A stretch of 56,073 nucleotides of DNA, the filler included, from Basidiobolus ranarum (taxonomy: Eukaryota): the NCBI GenBank assembly GCA_040143965.1. It is 6 parts of 6 records of this genome, joined end to end, with 100 filler letters (N's around TTAATTAATTAA, not from the genome) between each part and the next. Parts side by side here need not be neighbours in the genome. Positions count along the whole stretch, not along the records: positions 46,828 to 56,073 come from JASJQH010007728.1; 5 more parts are not named here. The stretch is one strand, 5' to 3'. The notes beneath the pieces were generated by a model that made no database searches, was not told the DNA's origin, and worked only from the letters and a program-made list of their open reading frames with translations. The position numbers were made by a program, and so were the translations under genes. How positions within the stretch are numbered: position 1 is the stretch's first letter; each line of letters opens with the position of its first letter. Shown here piece after piece: positions 49,978 through 56,073 of this stretch.

Positions 49978-50169
49978 TGATCGAGGAATGGATTTATATG
50001 GATTTTCATCGTTGGTAAACCCTCGGCAGAAATGCTAACAGAGATTCTGGCTGAATTAAAAAACAATGAATCAGTGAATTGCCTTATGACCTTAATTGGA
50101 AGGATAACTTAAGTACTCCGTGATTATTGGCAGTCTCATCTAACATTTAGTTAGATTGCCATCTACGCA

Positions 50170-50236
50170 GAGCTAATCAACAGCGTAGAATCAGGGGAGC
50201 TAATCAACAGCGTAGAATCAGGGGAGCTAATCAACA
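50170..50236 (+). repeat. Tandem repeat, 27-bp unit x2.5, between the divergent bHLH and GST genes
   Basis: GAGCTAATCAACAGCGTAGAATCAGGG repeated exactly. Confidence 0.9.
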
Positions 50237-50824
50237 AGGTTATTTGAACGGAGCCAGGGTGGAGCTAATAAATCTTGTTAATAGCACCACAGCCATACAG
50301 TCACGAGCCTACTACACAGTCATGCGTCAGATTTCGGAGACGAAATTATCCACAACATGCCCTCCAATGGGTTCTCTTGACTGTTTACTAATAGCAATCC
50401 AGAGTGAGTCACGTACGCTCGGAATTTTAACTACCTATCCTCATCGTTCCCTTCAAAATTCGTTACTAATTTTGGCTCAATGAACTTTAGCAAACCGAGG
50501 GAAAATCCCCAGAGAAAATCATCATCTATATTTGATATATGTCGAATGTGACTGGATAGTTAGCTACTGGTGGATTGTTCTTCTCGATTGCCAAGGGTAA
50601 ATAAACTTGGTGGTAAAATCACCGAGTCTAGACCTTAAATACCTGTCATTAAGTACACTCTGAATCACTGATATTAATAACTTCGTTGATTGATAACATT
50701 ACAGCCAAGTGGCTAAATCTTGAGATCTGATTGTAACATTAACTGGCGAATTGCGTAATTTTCATCCAAGGGATATTACATTAGTGGCTCAACTGTTGTA
50801 GCCCTTTTGTTCATCACTTTCATC

Positions 50825-51671
50825 ATGTCTCAACCGACTAAACTCTATTACAACACCAAGTCCGTTTATTCTAGCATTATTCGGTTGTACTTTCATGAGA
50901 AAGGTGTCACTGTGGACGAAACTGTCCATTTGGATTTAGGAAAAGGTGAACAGAATACTCCAGAGTACCATAAAGTCAATCCCTTCACCAAGGTATGAAT
51001 GTTCTCTTTCTTTTTGAACATATATATCTGCTCACTTCTTTATCCTTTAGGTTCCAGTCTTTGTTCATGGCCCCATTGTAGTTCCTGATTCTCGTGACAT
51101 TACTCGGTATGCTGAAAAGGCCTTTGCCAATTTGAACGATCTTGCACCTACTCACCCTGAAAAAGCTAATCGTATTTTAAACGAGTTGCATACTCTTCGT
51201 ATGGCCATACTGACTTATGGTGTGGCAAATGAGCAAGAGGCAGAAACTAAAAAGGAATTATTGAACCAATTTAAAGCACGTCGGTCAGCTCTTAAACAAG
51301 CCATTGATAATTATCCCGATATTGCTGAAGATTTAAAGAAAAAGCTTCAAGGAACCGATAAATTATTGGAAACGATGCAAAACTTCGAGCAAGTTCAAGA
51401 GGAATGGGGTAGAACTGAAGAATTATTTAAATGGATTGATACTCATCTCGAGAACAGAACCTATCTGGATGGTACCAAGTATACCTACACAGATTCTCAT
51501 TTCACTTCGATCTTATCCAGAATTTCGCATTGTGGTCATAGGCGTAGTATTTTACAATACCCAAACCTTGCGAGGTATTGGAAAGAGGTTCAAGGTAGAG
51601 AAAGTTACAAGATGGTTTTCGATATTCCTTGCAACATCTCTGATCATCCTGAAGAATGCACCTGTCGATGA
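50825..51671 (+). CDS. Glutathione S-transferase family protein (long helical insertion, GDAP1-like); intron 50993-51050
   Basis: LDLGKGEQNTPEYHKVNPFTK|VPVFVHG...VPDSRDITRY, YLDGTKYTYTD and YPNLARYWKEVQGRESYK. Confidence 0.88.
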
Positions 51672-51760
51672 ATTCAATCAAGTTTTATTTAATAAACTAT
51701 ATGCATTATAAAGGGATCTATAATGATGACAAGAAAAAGTGCACTAGTATTCAAGTAATC

Positions 51761-52027
51761 TCACAAATTGATCAAGCTGGTCTTCTTGGGAGTATTATTG
51801 TCTGACTCTGATATATCAGTCTGGGTCGGCATGTCATGCTGGACCAGCAGTGGTTTGGACTCTTGAACAAAATGTGGTAGCGAACTGGGTGGAAGCTGAT
51901 GGGATATTTCAGGTTGAACTGTCTCTACATAGCTTAGAGAGTCACCACCGGTCTCTGGCAAAGTTAAAGACTCACTTAAAGAGGGACGACGAGGCCGAGA
52001 TTTTTTGTGATCGATTGGATTAAACAT
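51761..52027 (-). CDS. Small Ser/Pro-rich hypothetical protein (88 aa)
   Basis: ATG in AATCATG context, a TATA-like element ~40 bp upstream, and an open frame with an RRPS motif. No recognised domain. Confidence 0.45.
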   Translation of the reverse strand: MFNPIDHKKSRPRRPSLSESLTLPETGGDSLSYVETVQPEISHQLPPSSLPHFVQESKPLLVQHDMPTQTDISESDNNTPKKTSLINL

Positions 52028-52678
52028 GATTTTGGAAGAGGAATGTTTTCTCTCGAGGAAAGCTATATAAACGGTTTTATAATCATGGTCTTGGTGTTTC
52101 TAACTTAAACCAATCATCCAACTGTGCCACATCATGCCAAATGTATAGTAAATTTGGTGGTTTAAAAAAAAGTCAGCATAATGATTGTTTCACTTTAAAC
52201 TGAATCCTCCAATGAGTACAGTAGTAGTTGTGTTTATGTGACAAGTTGGCTAATGATCCTTACACTAAGTGAGTCAAACCCATTTAAAAAACCCTTGCAT
52301 CTTAACACCTCATTAGATACTTCCGATGACGCTCTGATGGTAGTTGAGGTGATAATTGGGCGAGTTGGATGAAAAGAACACCTGGCTGGTCACATACACC
52401 ACTCCATGCCTAGTTAGTCCAGATGAAGTGTAAATAATTAAACATATATTGAATTGAAATTTGTAATCCTTAAATATTAAAAAGTAGTAGTATGACAAAA
52501 TTTGGAATAAAGATATGATAAACACTAATCTAAAGCAGAGATGATAGGAATCTTCTAAATCTGCCATCTATATGTTGAGTGCGCTTGATATATATATAGA
52601 AAGGAATGAGTTTTAAGCTATCTATTTGCTGTCTACTCTAACAGAGGGGAATAATGATTGAATAGATATGTATAAGGA

Positions 52679-53506
52679 CTAAGATATTACAATAGCTACT
52701 TGGTTATGCTCTTGTACACTCATGTTACCATTCGAATCTGTACTACGATAACTTGGTGGTCTAAAATCTGAATTGGGTGAATTATTTTCTAATGCAATTT
52801 GGGGAATGTTAATAGTAGTGCGATCTGCTAAATGTTCACTACCAAGATTTCCACTACTTATCCGTGGCATTTGCGAACCAATTTCTCCATTCGGCAGGAG
52901 AAGGTACAACGGTGGCTGCTTATTAGCTACTGCATACGTTGGCGGTGGTGGATCTAGATGAAGAGGGTCATATTCGTACTCTTCATTACCAGTTCGCGTA
53001 TGAGTGCGAATCAGCGTTAGATAGGCATTGAGTTCTGTCTGTAGTTTGGCATCCAAGTTCTTTATACTAGCTCTAAATTTCTAATCAATCATGTTAAGAA
53101 CTTCAATTTTGCAGGTGAAAATTACTTTCATGATTACCCAAAGTTGAAATGGAAACAGGACTAGCAACACAAAAGCGATCACTACCCAAATGACCCAGGA
53201 AAATACGGTTATCTGTTTGAGTATGGTAATGGTCCCTGTGATGATGAGAGTCTCCGCAGCAACATGTAAGAGTAACTGTTGCCGTAAATGCTTTTTTTGT
53301 AAGATATGACGAGAGAGGATTCCTACTGGGACTGCTGCCTGGTGTGGTGAAACACTAGGGGAATCCTGGTGATACCTTTCAGCAGTAGAAATTGGACGTG
53401 TAGTGAAGCTTCCGCTAGCATCATCAATCTCAATTATGCCAGTTCCTAGCATGGAGGAGGTTCGAGGTGGAATCGACTGCTCCCGCGGTGTTGTCGATAA
53501 CACCAT
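52679..53506 (-). CDS. Two-TM membrane protein with three PPxY motifs; intron 53081-53125
   Basis: Two hydrophobic segments in exon 1. The phase-0 splice is in frame. The tail contains PPTY, PPLY and PPSY. Confidence 0.7.
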
Positions 53507-54050
53507 ACTAATCAACTTTTAACTTCTGAATTCGATTTGAATAAGGTTTCTGGAAAGCTAGAGATACTAGGATTTTGTAGATAAAAACATGAATGAAGGA
53601 GTAAAATGGGAGATACAAGGAACAAAGAGAAGCAAATGACATCAGATATCCCTTTAAAGAGTATAGAAAAAAGCACCGTATGAGAAGACGCGAGGCAGCA
53701 CAACCATGCACATAAACCAAAAGGAAATCATAGGGAGCCTGCATAAATACCCATCCAAATGGAAGCACATTGTGATCGTGTGTATCGGTGGAGCACTGAG
53801 TGCATCAGTGGAACGGTTTATTATTCCTATTATCTCAGTATGCTATAGGCACTGGCACAAGTACCTACAACAGTATTGTATGATGTTCTTGATAGCTCTA
53901 CAAATCAGCAATATTGTTGAATATCTTTGGAGGTTTTTATTGGTATTTTATCAAATAGGTGACAAATAGCATTGCTTCTAAATAACCGATCACAACAAAA
54001 TTATTTCACTGGATGAATGTGACTCATGAAAACGATATCTAGTTACTATT

Positions 54051-54457
54051 CTAAGGTTTGCCTTCCTTGCCCTGAGATTGTATCTCAGTAACTTCCATAA
54101 CCTTGATATTGCTTAGATTGGGTGGTTCTTCATATATATCGACCAAGTGAACGTCTTCATCCAGAAGAGATATTGTCAATTTTATCTCATCGCTGGACCG
54201 TATGACTGGCGGTGCTGTATCAGCAACAAATAATAGCTAAAAGTCCAGCAGTTAGTTGATTTGATTCATCAATAAGTAGACAAATTTCAGCTTCCTACCA
54301 CTATCATAATAAACACCAGGACTACCACGGAGAGAACAGCAAAAAGTACGGTCGGGATTCTCCCCTTCACACAAAGATGAAGGATGAGCACTGGCACTGC
54401 TAGCAGTAAGCATAACAGAATCTGCCTAATCTTTGCCAACCAGTTGTTACCTGTCAT
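54051..54457 (-). CDS. Small two-TM hypothetical protein (114 aa); exons 54299-54457 and 54051-54236
   Basis: MTGNNWLAKIRQILLCLLLAVPVLILHLCVKGRIPTVLFAVLSVVVLVFIMIV|LLFVADTAPPV...GKP*. The GTAGGA...CTAAC...TAG intron gives one open frame. Absent from the ORF track. Confidence 0.55.
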
Positions 54458-56073
54458 ATGTACTATTTTCCTTGATATAGTCGAATGTCTGGTGCGTCGT
54501 GACTTTATTATTTGAAGAAAACTAGGTTGGTTGTTGGTGATATTGAATTAACGACAACCATGAATAATGTGGTGATGGATTCCTTTTTATAGTTAATTCA
54601 TTCGTTAGGGAAATAATTGAATTCCCCTAATTTATGACTTCGGAGCTATGCTAACCTTAAGGTTTTAAAATAATTGAATTCCCCTAGTTTACAGCTAACC
54701 TTAAGATCTTCATGAGTTTCGTAACAATTACATAATTAATTTGGTCCACTTTATTTTAAAATAAAGAAAGTACACCTGCTTCTTATCTCCTTTAGAAGCG
54801 TACTAATACTTGATTTCCTTGTAGATATAACCAATCAACTATAAATAAAGTATAAATAGAGTTAGTGACTATTTAATCATTGTGGGCCACCAATATTTGG
54901 TTTACCTTTCATACCCCCCATCCACCGTACATCTACTCTACTTACAGACGCTCTGCCTTACATTGCTTACAAAGTGAATTGGTTTTGGATGTGCCTGCAC
55001 TTACTTTTATATTCACAGTAGAGTCAAGGTCAAATATATCGCTGCGCATAGGTGCTAATTATCATTAACGGGTAGCAGACTAATAAGAATATATGTTAAT
55101 CTCCTAAAAGTGTTCCTTCCAGACCTCGCAGTGCTTGCTATAGTATTATGCACCTGTATTTTGGAAGGCCCTGTCTTCTGAGCCATATGATAGGCCTTGA
55201 AACCAGTTGATATATTCCCAATTTTTTATTAAGAGGTATACATATACTATACACTCTATGGAGTTTATCGTACGGCCCCAAACTCCTAATGGCTGTTGGG
55301 TATCAAGGTACTCTTGTCTCTCAGTAACAATATCAATCTAGAAGCCTCAATATCATCTGGTTATATTATCTATGGTTGAATTTTACATTCATCAACACCA
55401 GTCAGATGTTAGCCAAGTTCGTTGTGCCATCATGAGGCAAAATGCAAATCTGGTTTTTGGTATTCTTAGTGATCTCTATTCATCCAATTTAAGATTAATC
55501 AACCCAATTATAATCAAAATAAACCCCGAAAAGATGCTGATCTCAATTGCTTGCAATAGGAAAACGGAAGTTATCAGAAGAAATGCCGTCCCTTCATTCA
55601 GGTTTGCCGAAGAAAACGGGTACGACTACTCCACATAAGGTTTAATGAGCTATGATGGGGAATTGCTCCTTGTGAGAGTTGAGCCTAATTTAGGTGTTTT
55701 CGAGTGTAGACTTTGCTTGTAGAATGCGAAAACCAAACATATCTGAGAGTTAGTCAGAAGATACCTCCACGCAAAGCAGGGACAATTTCTAGAAAATCAA
55801 GTGAACTCCAGAGAAATTTGCAACTATGAAGGGCGCGTGGGTCATTTCCTTTTACATGAGGCTTTAGTAGGAACCTCTGGAGTTACTCATCCCACTCTAC
55901 TGAGCATCTTTAATGGTCAAATGGTGGACATAATTAGTGGCTACGATTGCAGATCATACAGGGTAACCTGATACGGTGTCAATATGATATGGAGAACAGG
56001 TTTGTCCTGATTCTGTTCATGTTGGTGCCAACATTAACGGAGTTTCGATGATTTTCACCAAAGTAGAAAATGA

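Noticed and set aside
55372-56073. Short ORF and possible gene remnants at the window end
   Set aside because: No consistent splice model or domain motif found.

Overview
This is eukaryotic DNA with short GT-AG introns, most likely from an early-diverging fungus (Zoopagomycota/Mucoromycota-like; inference only). It is not one locus. Six unrelated contigs of about 9.25 kb (1-9277, 9378-18650, 18751-28013, 28114-37370, 37471-46727, 46828-56073) are joined by artificial 100-bp N44-TTAATTAATTAA-N44 linkers, so nothing can be inferred across a linker. Contig 1 holds housekeeping genes: an Rrn5-like SANT protein, RPL37, a DCAF8/6-like WD40 protein and a partial Mdm1/SNX-type PX protein. Contig 2 holds decayed copia and CACTA-like elements, a secreted RCxxC fascin-like beta-trefoil protein and a broken A-T-TE NRPS-like gene. 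Contig 3 holds the most interesting feature: three paralogous secreted proteins. Each has His1 directly after the signal peptide, a conserved WPAKNH motif and a C-terminal QWRW...EWYTSCSD motif, which makes them a candidate unassigned LPMO-like copper-enzyme family. One copy has an Asp/His-rich tail, and a small DxDxDG-repeat gene lies next to the cluster. Contig 4 holds an ABCC transporter with a degenerate NBD1, plus transposon remnants. Contig 5 starts with a GC-richer, ascomycete-like block (NmrA-like gene and a DSGL-type laccase fragment) fused to host-type repeats. Contig 6 holds nested LTR remnants, a bHLH factor, a GST and three small orphan or membrane genes. Comparing transposon copies shows CpG-to-TpG/CpA decay directly.
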